In this document: in pieces, positions 40,901-51,670 of the stretch | Numbering within the stretch: the first letter of the stretch is position 1 | Layout: every line of letters starts with the position of its first letter | From: Phoronis australis | Lineage: Eukaryota; Animalia; Phoronida | Reading direction: 5' to 3' | Assembly: GCA_002633005.1 (NCBI GenBank) | Contig: NMRA01000001.1 | Coordinates: forward strand, 1,397,755-1,461,754 | Length of the DNA: 64,000 nt | Program-made: the position numbers and the translations under genes | Notes under the pieces: generated by a model | What the model was told of the DNA's origin: nothing | The model's database searches: none | The model's input: only the letters and a program-made list of their open reading frames with translations

Positions 40901-43434
40901 AGATTTCAAAATTGTATCAAGCAATGGATGTCTATTGTTTTTAACTACTGTACTTTGTACATTGGGCAAAACGTTTTTATATGAAAGCTTTAAACCGAAA
41001 AGGGAATGTATGCAATAAATGTAGATTTTTTTGGTATTTGTACTGATTATTTTTATTAAAACTGTCATTACATCATCAATTTAAATAATCTGTAATTTAT
41101 TACACACGTTACAAAGTCCAGTATTTGTCTGATACCCAGGGTAGATCTAACATGTAGATGGCCAAATTGTTTGCGTGCACAAACCCATGACAATAACCTA
41201 TCAAGTAGTTTCAAGTGCCAATTCAAGAGTCAGAACGTTAGTACACTCACTACTGTGTAAAGTATTGTGCAGGGTAGACAAAGGAAGCTGCAACTTGCAG
41301 CAACATATAATGATCTCGAGTATCCAACCGGGGATGAGCTGGACAGAGAGCGATTTTTAAGGCATCTTTCTTCCATCCATAATCCCCTGGATCTAGTGGT
41401 GGTAACGGATTCTGTTTACATTCTCTGTGGCTGCCTCTGTTGTGGGTGACAGAGTACACAGTTTGGGGATGGACGTACATCACTTGCCGTTTTGCTTCTC
41501 CGTACTAGTAGTGTGGTCTCTGGCATCTTCCTAACTCTCTTCATTGCATGAAAAGCACACATACATTTAGTGGCCTGTTTTATGACATCAGAAAAATGCG
41601 ACCGATACGCGGAATAATGTCCCATGCGCTTCGCATTCCTAAGTTTCTTACATTTTGCGGCAAATTTTTTAAATACTTCACCCAGACTGTTCACGAGGCG
41701 GATCACATCCCATATGTTTGTTCTTGCGCGTTAGGTTGCAGGTTTTCTCAAGTAAAAGAAACAATTCTGAATGTAACAATTTATAGCTGGTAAAGAGATA
41801 ACTAATTATATGAAAACAACGATAATTGTGCATTAAACTTGTAATATTTGAAGAAAGTACTTAAATCACAACATTTCACATTGTAGTTACCGAGGAATCG
41901 GCGCCTGAGTTGAAGACGATATAATATTTAGCAATTGAAAATTGAGACAGAGCTGTCATATAATTAACAATTTTTGTACCAAGTGTTACGTTTGGGACCT
42001 GATTGCACGTTGAGAGTTATTTATACTGCTGCAGTTGTATCAAAGATTTTATAGTTACCTTCTTGGGATATAGTATCTTTGGTTGTATTTCTTTAAACAA
42101 TTTTCGGAAAGTTTGTTGATCGAACCGGCTAACGAGTCAACATTGACCTACTTTTTCATAGGGCACTGTTGAAGTGGTGCTGGAGGGGAATATGAAAAAC
42201 AATATCACATGGCCGTATTGCACCACTCGACTGATTCAACGCGTATTGGATAATGTATTTGTACTTCTTTAAAGCAGCTATAACCAGAAACAGTATTTGG
42301 AATACTGGAGCCCTTTCTTTGTACAAATTTTGCAAATTTATCATAGAACAAATTACAAACTGATTCCATTGAATTAATTGACCACAGAAAGATGGGTGCA
42401 GATGTGGTTCCTGGCACTATGAGTTTAACTGGAATGGCAGACTTAACTTGCATATATTACGCAAATTGATAACGAACCCCCCCACCCAAAAAAAAACGTG
42501 GCACTATTAAATTTGTTGACCATGAAAACATAGCTGAAAATGTCAAGATGTTCTGCCTTGGTAAGGAAATTATAAGCAAAAATAGAATTTTACATAATCG
42601 CGGCCTTAATTTGCATATTAAAAAATGCTCAAGAGTTGCAAACGGTCACACTCCTAAATCATGATTACCAAGCCTAGGCTACATAAAACTTTATCAAGCA
42701 AATCCAGGTTAAGTCATAAAAACGTCTTTGGCTCCCGGACTAGTAGATAGAGTGACCCGCTCTCTCCGTATTTATTTATATTATGCTCAGTGTAGCTTGA
42801 ATTCGTAGCAAAAGTTTCCAAAGGACTTTCACTAACGATGATATAATAATTTGCTGCTATTTAATGTATTAATGTTATTAATAATTTGTTCATGAGAGAA
42901 AATTTCAGTGCCACGTCTGTTTATTTGTTTACCATGTTTATGGTGTACCTTTTACTTGTTTATAAGTACTTTTTGTATAATTTATGGGTGGCAATGGGCC
43001 AGCGGACTATAAAGTCCTTCATGGGGCCTTAATATTGTAGTTATAGTTTTCTATTTTAGATGACATGAAATACACGCACTACTACTGCTGCTGCCGCCGC
43101 CGCCGCCGCGGTCAGTCCACGGCCCCCACGCAGCCGCCACCGCCGCCGCCGCCGCCGCTGCTGTTGCTGCCAAGATTGGGGAAATGGTCATTTAATGAAA
43201 ATCTGTACAACTGTTCAAAAAATTCTTGTTTTTTAGTAAAATCAATCACTCCTTAATGAGTTTGCTTAAGATCCCCCGGACCATTTACTAAATGAAATAA
43301 TTTATGTATAACCTCAACATACATGATTTGTCATTTTGCATAAACCTATCACATTGATGTAAACTAAACTTGGAGAGAAATGAATATATATATATATNNN
43401 NNNNNNNNNNNNNNNNNNNNNNNNNNNNNNNNNN

Positions 43435-43467
<33 letters not shown>

Positions 43468-43954
43468 AATAGAGAAAAGGAAAACGTTTTGATAAGAAAC
43501 ATCAGGAATGAAAATGGACCAATGAAGGAAATGAGTGACAGCAGGTGTATTGATAAAGAATTGTACTTGACCATAGATTAAAGAAGACGCAAAGGTAAAA
43601 TAGTCCCTTTCAGTACATTTAGCATTTGTCATTTTCCATGCATTTTATCATTTTCTAACATGTACCTGTTTCGTTAAGTCTTCTTGACGTCCCGATACAC
43701 GTCTCGGCATTTCGCAACACCATATTACCATCGCTGTCGAAAACCACTGGTGTAGCCAATTGATCACGTTCTTTATCATAATAGACCATAGTTTCCTTCG
43801 CTTCAACTGTCCAGAAATATTCAGCAATCTTGTGTCTTTTTGCTCCCGTTGGTGATAAAATGTGAGTGAAGGGCTCAGACTTTAGCGCTTTCAGAGAACA
43901 AACGCAAATCGTTAGAAAAATTAAAGCTTGCAAGCGTTCTGCTGTTGGAGCCAT
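13724..43954 (-). CDS. Secreted three-domain multicopper oxidase (laccase / L-ascorbate oxidase-like), 15 coding exons, ~729 aa (whole-gene span)
   Basis: Exons join in phase through GT-AG introns and total 2190 nt. There is an N-terminal hydrophobic signal and all four Cu motifs: [28 protein letters not shown]. Confidence 0.93.
14045..14730. repeat. Clusters of CGACAATATGT / ACATATTGTCG motifs (repeat-family remnants) at ~14045-14178 and ~14598-14730
   Basis: Multiple degenerate copies in both orientations. Confidence 0.55.
14790..14850 (+). repeat. (GCC)n(GCT)n trinucleotide tract, intronic
   Basis: Read directly from the sequence. Confidence 0.9.
14881..14994 (-). CDS. Multicopper oxidase exon 14
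   Basis: [38 protein letters not shown]; tttttaag/gtatgc. Confidence 0.96.
15427..15576 (-). CDS. Multicopper oxidase exon 13 (HPVHLHG)
   Basis: [49 protein letters not shown]. Confidence 0.96.
15650..16390 (-). mobile_element. 3' part of an L2/Crack/Daphne-clade LINE
   Basis: [21 protein letters not shown]; [37 protein letters not shown]. Confidence 0.8.
16517..18787 (+). repeat. ~1.13 kb tandem duplication (16517-17644 / 17646-18787) joined by a single N
   Basis: Both copies start tggtttctgaagtctttggccc and end ccatttggcatttgggggg. They differ by scattered SNPs and small indels. Confidence 0.92.
18711..18870. mobile_element. GC-rich MITE with CAGTGGCGGAT...ATCCGCCCCTG TIRs
   Basis: TIRs are visible and GGTTA is duplicated on both sides. 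Related ends at 37089, 39410 and ~40400. Confidence 0.75.
19074..19209 (-). CDS. Multicopper oxidase exon 12
   Basis: [45 protein letters not shown] (C-x-C-T-H typical of animal laccases). Confidence 0.9.
20370..20450 (+). ncRNA. tRNA-derived (Ala-like) Pol III module, not a functional tRNA
   Basis: A-box-like TGTTGTAGTGG, B-box GGTTCGAATCC, loop CT-CGC-AA. Acceptor and anticodon stems are broken. Confidence 0.6.
20619..20699 (-). ncRNA. Mirror tRNA-derived (Ala-like) Pol III module
   Basis: TGGTGTAGTGG, GGTTCGACTCC, loop CC-AGC-AA. Confidence 0.6.
22894..22967 (-). CDS. Multicopper oxidase exon 11
   Basis: [24 protein letters not shown]; tttttag/gtaaga. Confidence 0.88.
23762..23880 (-). 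CDS. Multicopper oxidase exon 10
   Basis: [39 protein letters not shown]; donor A|gtgagg gives phase 1, matching exon 11. Confidence 0.85.
24416..24543 (-). CDS. Multicopper oxidase exon 9
   Basis: [43 protein letters not shown]; tttag/gtgagt. Confidence 0.88.
25132..25302 (-). CDS. Multicopper oxidase exon 8
   Basis: [57 protein letters not shown]; ttttcag/gtaagt. Confidence 0.95.
25509..25904. mobile_element. MITE with ~45 bp imperfect TIRs
   Basis: ccggttgcatgaaacagtcataaatagggattcaactaag vs the reverse complement of cttagttaattccctattttggactgttcgttgcaaacgg. Confidence 0.65.
26115..26254 (-). CDS. Multicopper oxidase exon 7
   Basis: [46 protein letters not shown] (G-x-x-Y-x-F-R-x-I-N motif). 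Confidence 0.93.
26650..28370 (-). mobile_element. Degenerate CR1/L2-group LINE related to 7089-10036
   Basis: [12 protein letters not shown] (cf. LEKLQYQAALLI), [10 protein letters not shown] (RT GVPQG region), VGDSDY (endonuclease end). Confidence 0.7.
28559..28680 (-). CDS. Multicopper oxidase exon 6
   Basis: [41 protein letters not shown] (S-L-L-x-N-G-x-G); gtgaga donor. Confidence 0.9.
29629..29738 (-). CDS. Multicopper oxidase exon 5
   Basis: [37 protein letters not shown] (DW motif at the start of domain 2); phases 0/2 fit neighbours. Confidence 0.88.
29880..30400 (+). repeat. GAA/GAG-rich low-complexity tract, intronic
   Basis: Degenerate (GAA)n; it generates spurious Leu/Phe/Ser ORFs. 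Confidence 0.9.
30906..31020 (-). CDS. Multicopper oxidase exon 4 (WYHSH)
   Basis: [38 protein letters not shown]; cag/gtaaag. Confidence 0.96.
31245..31390 (-). CDS. Multicopper oxidase exon 3 (HWHG)
   Basis: [49 protein letters not shown] with AG/GT boundaries. Confidence 0.96.
31788..31950. repeat. Cluster of (C)GTAAAATGTAACA motifs in both orientations
   Basis: About 7 copies within ~160 bp. Confidence 0.8.
32268..32450 (+). repeat. Compound ATT/ACT/CAT-CAC microsatellite
   Basis: Read directly from the sequence. Confidence 0.9.
33288..36452. mobile_element. ISL2EU-like (PIF/Harbinger-related) DNA transposon, non-autonomous
   Basis: AT|GGGGCTATTCGGA...TCCGAATAGCCCC|AT, with subterminal tgtactagtggtgat/atcaccactagtaca. 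THAP relic on + at ~33421-33615 and SAP-like relic on - at ~36268-36350. Confidence 0.8.
36623..37427. mobile_element. Rearranged copy of the 39410-40210 repeat (contains a tRNA-like module on - at ~37326-37382)
   Basis: 36623-37088 is the reverse complement of 39747-40210. 37089-37427 is a direct copy of 39410-39760. Confidence 0.85.
38712..38812 (-). CDS. Multicopper oxidase exon 2
   Basis: ttttcag acceptor; [34 protein letters not shown] (NG-x-x-PGP of cupredoxin domain 1); gtataa donor. Absent from the ORF track. Confidence 0.92.
39410..40210. mobile_element. Composite repeat with a tRNA-like module on - (~39665-39720)
   Basis: Partner of 36623-37427. A-box TGGTGTAGTGG and B-box-like GAGTTCGA on the minus strand. 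Confidence 0.8.
40751..40856. repeat. Near-perfect 48-bp-arm hairpin built from a tRNA/SINE B-box segment
   Basis: cagaaaaatcaggaacccaactgggaatcgaaccacaggtctctagat / 9-nt loop / reverse complement with one extra G. Confidence 0.92.
41250..41710 (-). mobile_element. DNA transposon protein C-terminal relic (Academ-like)
   Basis: [11 protein letters not shown]..., [16 protein letters not shown], then a Cys-containing tail. Resembles the LPPT..H..R..Q..W..P..P..YGW motif. Frameshifted. Confidence 0.4.
43080..43170 (+). repeat. (CTG)/(CCG) trinucleotide tract, intronic
   Basis: Read directly from the sequence. Confidence 0.85.
43384..43463. repeat. (TA)n - 37-N assembly gap (43398-43434) - (TG)n
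   Basis: Read directly from the sequence. Confidence 0.95.
43666..43954 (-). CDS. Multicopper oxidase exon 1 (signal peptide)
   Basis: [23 protein letters not shown]...SRRLNET, then donor G|GTACAT, phase 1. Confidence 0.82.
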
Positions 43955-44269
43955 TTTGCAGAGGTTACTTGACCCGCGATGGCATTAGGTTTCGCTGTTC
44001 GACTGGTTACTGCACTCAGTGTATGCAGTAAGCAGACCCGCTAATCAGGTCATACTGACTGTATCTCGGGGACAGCACTCAAATATCGTTGGCCAAATGG
44101 ATGAACGTTATGCACGTAAATTGAGTGCGCAAGTTAATTCTTGTTAGAGGCGTAAAGCAATTGTTTAGAGGAGTAGAGTAACTTTTAAAGGCGTAACGTA
44201 ATTATTTGCTGCGTCAACTAATTACTTTAAGCCGCAAATAATTACTTTATGCCTCTAACAAGAATTTAA

Positions 44270-46633
44270 GAGGCAGTCCATATAAAAATCAGTAGAATTC
44301 AAAAATCAATCTACACGTCAAATTCCAAACAATATCATTTTTGTACATGGATAGGTATCCTAACAAAAATCTATTTGCCTCATTTTGTGTACTTAATGGC
44401 CCCAAATTAGACCGCAATTGGTCATATTAGTCATCTCTAAAATTGTAGGTTTTCAGCAACGAAAATAAGTAAATGGAATAACTTATGTATACTGTGTGTA
44501 ATTATTTGGCATTAATTCAAATTTGACAGCTTTGTGCTAGACAGGGGAGATAATCCACGGACCACTTTTCCTAGGCAATTTTAGTGTTTGTTTATGTGAC
44601 TCTCTTACCGCCATATTTCTCCTTGTAGCTTTATGTAACCTTTTGAACATACAGCTAAAAAGTTAATCTTGATGACTGAACAAAAAGCTCTTGCCTCAAA
44701 TGTACATTTTAGTAAAAATTGTCTTGCAACACTGTCTGTTTTGGAAACGATGAGCAGAGTTTACAGACCACTTGAACGAAACTTTGAACAAGAATTGTGC
44801 ATTGAATTGTTATAAAAATTAAGCCTAAGCTCTTTCAAATGAAAAACAAGTTATTTTATGGATCTATTGCGTGGTCAGTATCAAACCTGAACCCGATGAC
44901 TTTTGCCCATTGTGTCAGTTGACATTAGGTTTGAGGATCTGTAAAAAAATCGTATATTTAACTCTCTTGCTTTCCTCCATTATCAAGTTAATTAAACATT
45001 CTAGAGTTTTTAAACGGAAATCATAAATGCCTTAGAAGTTTAAACATGTGAAAACTGGTTTTGATGATATCATGTGCTTGAAGACAAAATGGGGAACGAA
45101 GGTCTTTCCTTTTCGTTTAGACTGTTTTCAACAAAAACGTGCGATCACGAAAGCTTTGTGGCTTTAGTCAGTCATGCTAATGACAATTCAGAACATCTCA
45201 GATGTTCTAAAGTACCTCATAAATCAAGGTCAATACCAGAGGATGAGCTCCTACTGGTCAGAGTAGGTAAATTTGTGACTGAGCGAGACCAGTCATGGAG
45301 CCAAATTATAAAAAAATTTGGTGCTAAGCAGCCTAAAGTGTTTGCACCCTGAACACCTGAAATGATAGTAGCCAGTCCATTGCCCCCCACCGACACCTCA
45401 AGTGGCACCCCCCCCCCGCCCTCAACCCACCCTCGGTCGGTAGCTGTATAAGTCCCCAGGTAACAGATGCCTGGTCCCCCCTTGGACAACACTTGGTTGG
45501 CACCCCCCTTCGCCAGGCGCCCGGGTTCACCTAGTGAACCCCTCTTGCTACGCTACAGAGGCAGTCACTTGGTATGTTTGAGTCCAGACTATTACTTGTG
45601 TTGAACTTTGTTACCTAATGTGTGTCATTAATAAAATTGTCTTTCATGGATTTTTTCTATTGACCTTGACTTTTTGCCGCACTGTCAAAGATATTCGATG
45701 TTGGGATGACATGTGACCGTCGGAGACTAAAATTCGTAGCAACCTGCGAGGACAATTACAATATGAAAGCCAAGTTACAGTGAGTTTTGATCGAGTTGAC
45801 GATTTTTTGCACTGAACAGAGGGTCATACACTCTTGGTTGCCCCTTTCCTATCTTATACCAGTACGTGGTTATCAAGACGAAGATAAAAAACGGGAGCAA
45901 GGCAGATTACGTTTCTAGTCGCGTCCACAATCTCCTGATGTAAACAAACAGCGAGGCACGCATGCCAGTCATAATTTATGTAAATATTTTTTTTTTAATA
46001 CGCAATAATGATCAGTGTAGTTTTCAGAGAATGGCAATTACTAATGCTGTTTGCTTTCTCTCTAACATTCACGTGTTTTGCAAGTTAGTTACATGTTCCA
46101 AGAGCCCCCTATTGGTGGTTGAGGCAACTGAGAACAGGCAAATAGGACCAAGTGCGGTTCGTGTAATGCTTCGTAAGCACTAACTACGGGATAGGCAAGA
46201 TTTCTATTTTAGATTATTAGTAAGGAAGGACTGGAAAAAATATCATAAGCTCAGTTTTTGAAAAAGTGAAATGGCTTCAGTAAAAACCGTCAAAATAGCC
46301 GTTTTTGCCACACAAAACCAAGCATACAAATATGAATATAAATTTCGAAAGTTGTGCCATTTACTTTTTCAGTCATTGTCCTTTGAAATCGTATCACTCA
46401 GTTGTTACCAACTCTCTATACATGCTAGTAAAATGCACTCAAACATGTCTACTTCGGCGTCCAAGTTTGTTGCAAAATGTAAGTACAGGTAATAAGAAGA
46501 GAAATTATGCATGAAAATTCTTAAAAAGTGAGATTTTTATTCATCTCACCAAACCATACCCATGTGCAAAGACTCAAAAAATCTGTGATTTTGGGTAGAG
46601 TCTCTACCTGTTGGTTTTCATACGGAGTCATTC
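44270..46633. mobile_element. TTAA-flanked Kolobok-like non-autonomous element inserted in a small palindromic MITE
   Basis: TTAA|GAGGCAGTCCATATAAAAATC...GGTTTTCATACGGAGTCATTC|TTAA. The host palindrome at 44105-44269 resumes at 46634-46662. Confidence 0.62.
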
Positions 46634-49600
46634 TTAACTTTCGCACGTAGGTGCGTAACGTTAGTAATCCTTCGGCCAACGATACTCAAAGGCGAGTGCG
46701 TGACGTTGCGGAATGTGAACTATTCAAAGTTTACCTAAACAATGGACTGGGAGCAGATTGGTGACTGAATTGTTTTTTTTTTTTCAATAGCGCTTATAAA
46801 ACAGATTCGCCTTCAGGGCCGTTGGACGTCTTGGGGTGACGTGTTGTCCAATAATTTGGAGGCGTCAGGGCGGCCGCTGTACGCATAGAGCAGTGACTAG
46901 TTTTCTCCCGAGACGAGTGACCCGGGTTTTGCTCACTACGGTCGGACATAATCGGACTTGGCTGATGTCAGCACTTCAGGCTTTGAGCCCGATCCTTCCG
47001 TCAGCAGGAGACAGCAATATGACTCTCAGATGTCTAACTTAGTTATGGCTGGCCACTGTTAACTTAAATTCGCTCTTTCACAAGCACATCAAAGTTGTTT
47101 TTGCCTTCGTCTAATGGAAATGCGTTCCAGTAACTTCGAATGAAAAAATCATCCAATTGCGAGAAGAGTTACATTAACTTGAAAAGTGAAAGTCATGGAA
47201 ACAGCACAATGCGTTCTGCTTGTAAACTGCTTTCTGGAGAATTTTGACATCCCAGATGTATAACTGAACTAAGCGCAATACCACAATCCCATTTAAGATT
47301 GAGAAACTGTACAGTTTCTTTAGACTGGCAAGGGATGATGGAGTCACCTGTAGGTGTTTTTAAGTTTTTGAAATTGTGTGTCACTTGAAAAATTGGATAT
47401 CTGGTGGAAATAGATCTGTGATACGTTTTAGAATTCAGTTGTTAACGCGCACAGGTTTTACAGGTTAACGCGTGCAAGCTTCACTCAACTCGTCAATCTA
47501 ACGGGTTCATGCAAAGATGAATGTTCACGTCATGATGTAAAGTTGCCCGAGAGCTTCCAAGAAGATATTTACATCAAAAATACATTCAGCATCTAATCAG
47601 AACAGAGAACTACAGCTTGCGTCAAGTTGAACATCAAGGGAGAAATGTCACGCAGGACCTTGCTACGCGCGTCAGTCACTCTTTGTTGGTTTATAACATC
47701 GCAATAGATAGGTTCAAAGCTGTTTTTTCACCACTAAATTTATTGATGACACAACTTAACTCTTTTTAAACATAAAAGTTATAACGTCTACATCAGAAGA
47801 ATCTGGTCACATTAGGCTTTGGCTGTGTGAGCTTATAAGTGCTCGTTTTCTTTGCCAGGGAGTTGCTGTTTGAGAAACTGTATTATATCCCGTGAGGAAA
47901 ACTTTGGAGGCGATTACTTTAAGTGCGGAAGGATATTCATGCAGTGAAACCAAAAATAGTTCAAACTAGCAAGTTTTTCAGGTGTAGTGTTCCGTGCGGA
48001 ATAAAGACACCAACGTAGTATAACCAATTATTCACTGGTGCTGATATTTCCGTCAACGATATGACCAATTTCATCGTGAATCTACAATAAATAATAACAG
48101 AAATGTATTTTTGGGAGTAATAATTTTTGATAATACTTAATTATTAATACTTACCTCAAGTCTAATAATAGTGTAAAACAACCTATAATTTCCCATTAAA
48201 TACAAAGTTGCGTATGAATTGCAATGACAATCTCCTTTACTAACCAGCATAACAGGACAAAGTATTCAAGACTAAGTGATACCGTAAACTACAGTCCAGA
48301 TAAAGTTAACCAATTTGAAAACTAATATTACTCATTCCATGAAACACTTACAGCTATGTCTCCCACACAAGCACTCTGGTGTCCATGATTGAAACCGTTT
48401 AAAATTTCGTAGTAGAACCTTTTCTACTTTATGTCCTTTGTTTCTTTGTTTCACTTGTTACGTCTAGTTAAAGACGAAGCTATCTCATACCTGAAGAGCT
48501 TGGCAGACCAGGCTTAGTAATCGCCTAAACGTGTCCTTAGAAATGCTTTGCGTATGTAAAGGATATGTTTGTAAAAAGTGGACCAGGATATGACTGCTAA
48601 AGGTTAATTTTGCAGTGATGAAACAAACCAAATTTCTTACACAGACTCAAGACGATAGTTGATAAATTTCAATTTATCCAACGGTAACGGTTCACGTCAA
48701 GAGAACTCCTGGCACAGATTGCCCTCTATATATACAACATTCAACAGAATAATCTAACCGATTAACATAAATAAACAAAACATAGAGTATTATCCTTAGA
48801 ATCGTGACAACTGAAAGTTTGGATATGTTTATGTTACGCCACGAGATTCATGCGATTTATTTGGTGTACTGAGCAAGCAAGTTGAAGTGGAGTTGATGGG
48901 AATCTAAATTGTCGATTGGCTGATCTAGATGTTTTCGACCAGCTATGCCCAAATATTGGTACCTTTTCAAACCCAAGCAATGATATTAGAGCCACCTGCC
49001 TTGGCTTTGTACACAAGCTTGTTTCCCTGAATGTCAAAGATCTCAGCGGGAATTTCACTTATTAGCTAGATTGTCCAGTTGATTTGGGTGATTTGGTCGG
49101 TCAATATTCCTGAGTATGCCGTCTTGATCCTTTAAGGTTTTGCGCGTTGTAATCGTGCGTGGAAATAATGTTTCTATATTGTGTCAATACGCAAATCATG
49201 CAAGCGTGTTCAGGAGATTAACTCACGCGGCGCTTATTTCCTCGGAACCCAATCCATGTAGTGTCGATTGTCACGTCCACCAATACCGTTCCTTATGATT
49301 ATCAGTAGTGGTTTTGTTAATTTGCAACCTGGCATTACTCTGAATATGTAAATACTCATGTGCCAAATAGTCGTAGTTGTAGAAAAATTAGTTACTTCCA
49401 AGTTTCCCCCCAAGTGATGTAATGAGTGGAAGACGTTCGGTCCCTTGACAATCAATTGCAGTGGCGGAACACAGCAGATCAGAAGACGAGGACGATTGTG
49501 AGCGGCTGGCCAAGCGCTCCATTTTATTTGCTGCTGTAATAGGTATATCATACAATGCCAATGAACACATTAACCTTCGAACAGAGACCACCAAACTGAA

Positions 49601-50036
49601 AGTATCTGGAAAGCACTTCAAGTTATAGGCTACGGGTAACACTAACACTTCTAATTAGGGTCACCCGGTGCCTGAACAGTAGTCAATGGGTCTTGAAATT
49701 GCGACGACAAAAAATAAAAGAATGCTCAGTTAACAAAAAATATTTTCAGTGTAATAACGGCAAATGACTTGCACATCAAGACAACACAGTTAAAGGCACT
49801 TCTACAAGCAAAAATCGTGCAAAGGGTGCTTTGAATTAATGGGACTTCCGGTTTTTGAAATGCTCATATCTGAGTTTTCCAAAATATACGGTAATATTCA
49901 GCCATCCAATGATTCATTTTCACCTTTGATTCTTGACTCACCTTCCAAAATCCTGGAGCTTTCATTTAATTTTCTGAGCAACATTTATCCGAGAAATGCA
50001 GATTTCTAAATTATCAATCTTACGTTATGGCGTTAA

Positions 50037-51670
50037 AGGAGCATGCCACCCAAAAAACAACCTAATTTGTATCAATTTAGATCGAGTAGTTCTACTCCAT
50101 AACGACACGTACGGTTGCGTTACCTGAAATTATTCAATGACGTAATCGGTTTCACACGCAGTCTGTTCAGCAGTTCACAACACGGGTTACTGGTGTCAGC
50201 TTATCGCTTGAAGTCATCGTTTAACACCAATAAATCATCAAACTTCGATGTAAAACTCTTAAAACTACACCGAGTTTTTATAAAAACCTGTTGTTTTATT
50301 TCGCTCTTACGGATTTATTGGTATTTGGACACACCGTACCCTACAAAGTTCGGCAGGCCAATAAGGTCCGTAGCAGGAGTTTGGGGTCTGTTCGGAGATC
50401 ATTTCGAAGTATTTTCCGTGAGATACAGACAGGAGAACCTAGATCTGTGTTGTTTAGACTTGTGATTTTTTGAGTTCTAAACACAAAACGCTTATTATCC
50501 TGGCCAGTGGCTCGGAGCCCGATCAGGCCCGTCGCGGCGGGCCTGATTGACTCCGCCGTTATCCCGGCCAGTGGCTCGGAAATTGATTAGATATCACGAA
50601 CATAAACCGGCCAAAGTTCAGTGGAAACTAAACTTCCAGTCAAGAAAATGCTATACTAGTGAGCCAAAGTAATGTAAACGTGATTATGCTGGTGAAATAG
50701 CCACGAAACTGCAAACCTATTTACTCGCGTAGGTGGTCTCGAATTCAGGTTCGGCTTTAGACACAGCACCGTCAGGGCAGAAATTGTACATTGACAATCA
50801 TTATTTGAGTAATGTAAATGTAAATAAAAATTCCTCTAACACCTGGCCGTGGGATGGAAATCGAGTTGTTTCACAAAAGTTTCTGCCAGCACACACTAAA
50901 TTAGCATGAGCTCACACGGCCTCGGTGTCCCGTCAATTAGTTTTATTGCACCTAAGCCGGTAATGCAGCGATTTATTCATTGCTGGCTTCTCAAATCATT
51001 TGCACTCACGAAAAATCCAAAGGCATTACAAATTGCATCTAATGAGACAGACTTTGTTTCAGATTTATTTAAGTATTGGTTAGGGTGAGAATAATTCATT
51101 TTGAAACAGAACGCTCAGTAGCCTAATAAACGCCAACATGGCAAATCGCAATCCCGACTTAGGACGATCTAGAGCTCATCACTCCCGACTTCGCAGGTGG
51201 ATCGTTAAGTTTTACAGGCTATCAATTCGAACAGGAATACAGTGATGAAGAAATACTAGAGAGGCGCCGTGAACAAGCTCAGACAACGGAACGCATGGGG
51301 GCACTGTCGACGTCTGCAGGCCACAGACACGGAGATGTTTCACGGCCTCATACTTGCCATTACAGCGTACATTTCATTCTTCACTACCATGAGCCACTTC
51401 CTAAGCATTTCGAACTCCCGAGGAAGTATAAAAACGATATACCCGCTTTCCTCGCAGCAGCTTAGTTCGGACAAGCGGGAACGATGCACCGCAACAAAGC
51501 GGCATTCACTCTGCATATGAACCACTGACGTCGCTAGCGTCGTTTCTCACCTTCCTCACAGGTTAACGCGACACCTATTGGTAAGGTAAGGTCGACTGTA
51601 TGCGAGGCGATGTGGATATAGACCGATTAAGACGGCAAAAAAGACTAATTAAATCGGGTGGTATTCTCCT
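50037..51670. mobile_element. Kolobok-like non-autonomous DNA transposon with a THAP relic
   Basis: TTAA|AGGAGCATGCCACCC...GGGTGGTATTCTCCT|TTAA. Minus-strand remnants CIVPACPN, FILPREFEMLRKWLMVVK, HLRVCGL at ~51315-51510. Confidence 0.78.

Noticed and set aside
40850-41020. [13 protein letters not shown], an L1/Tx1 RT-like fragment
   Set aside because: Too short and degenerate to delimit as a feature.
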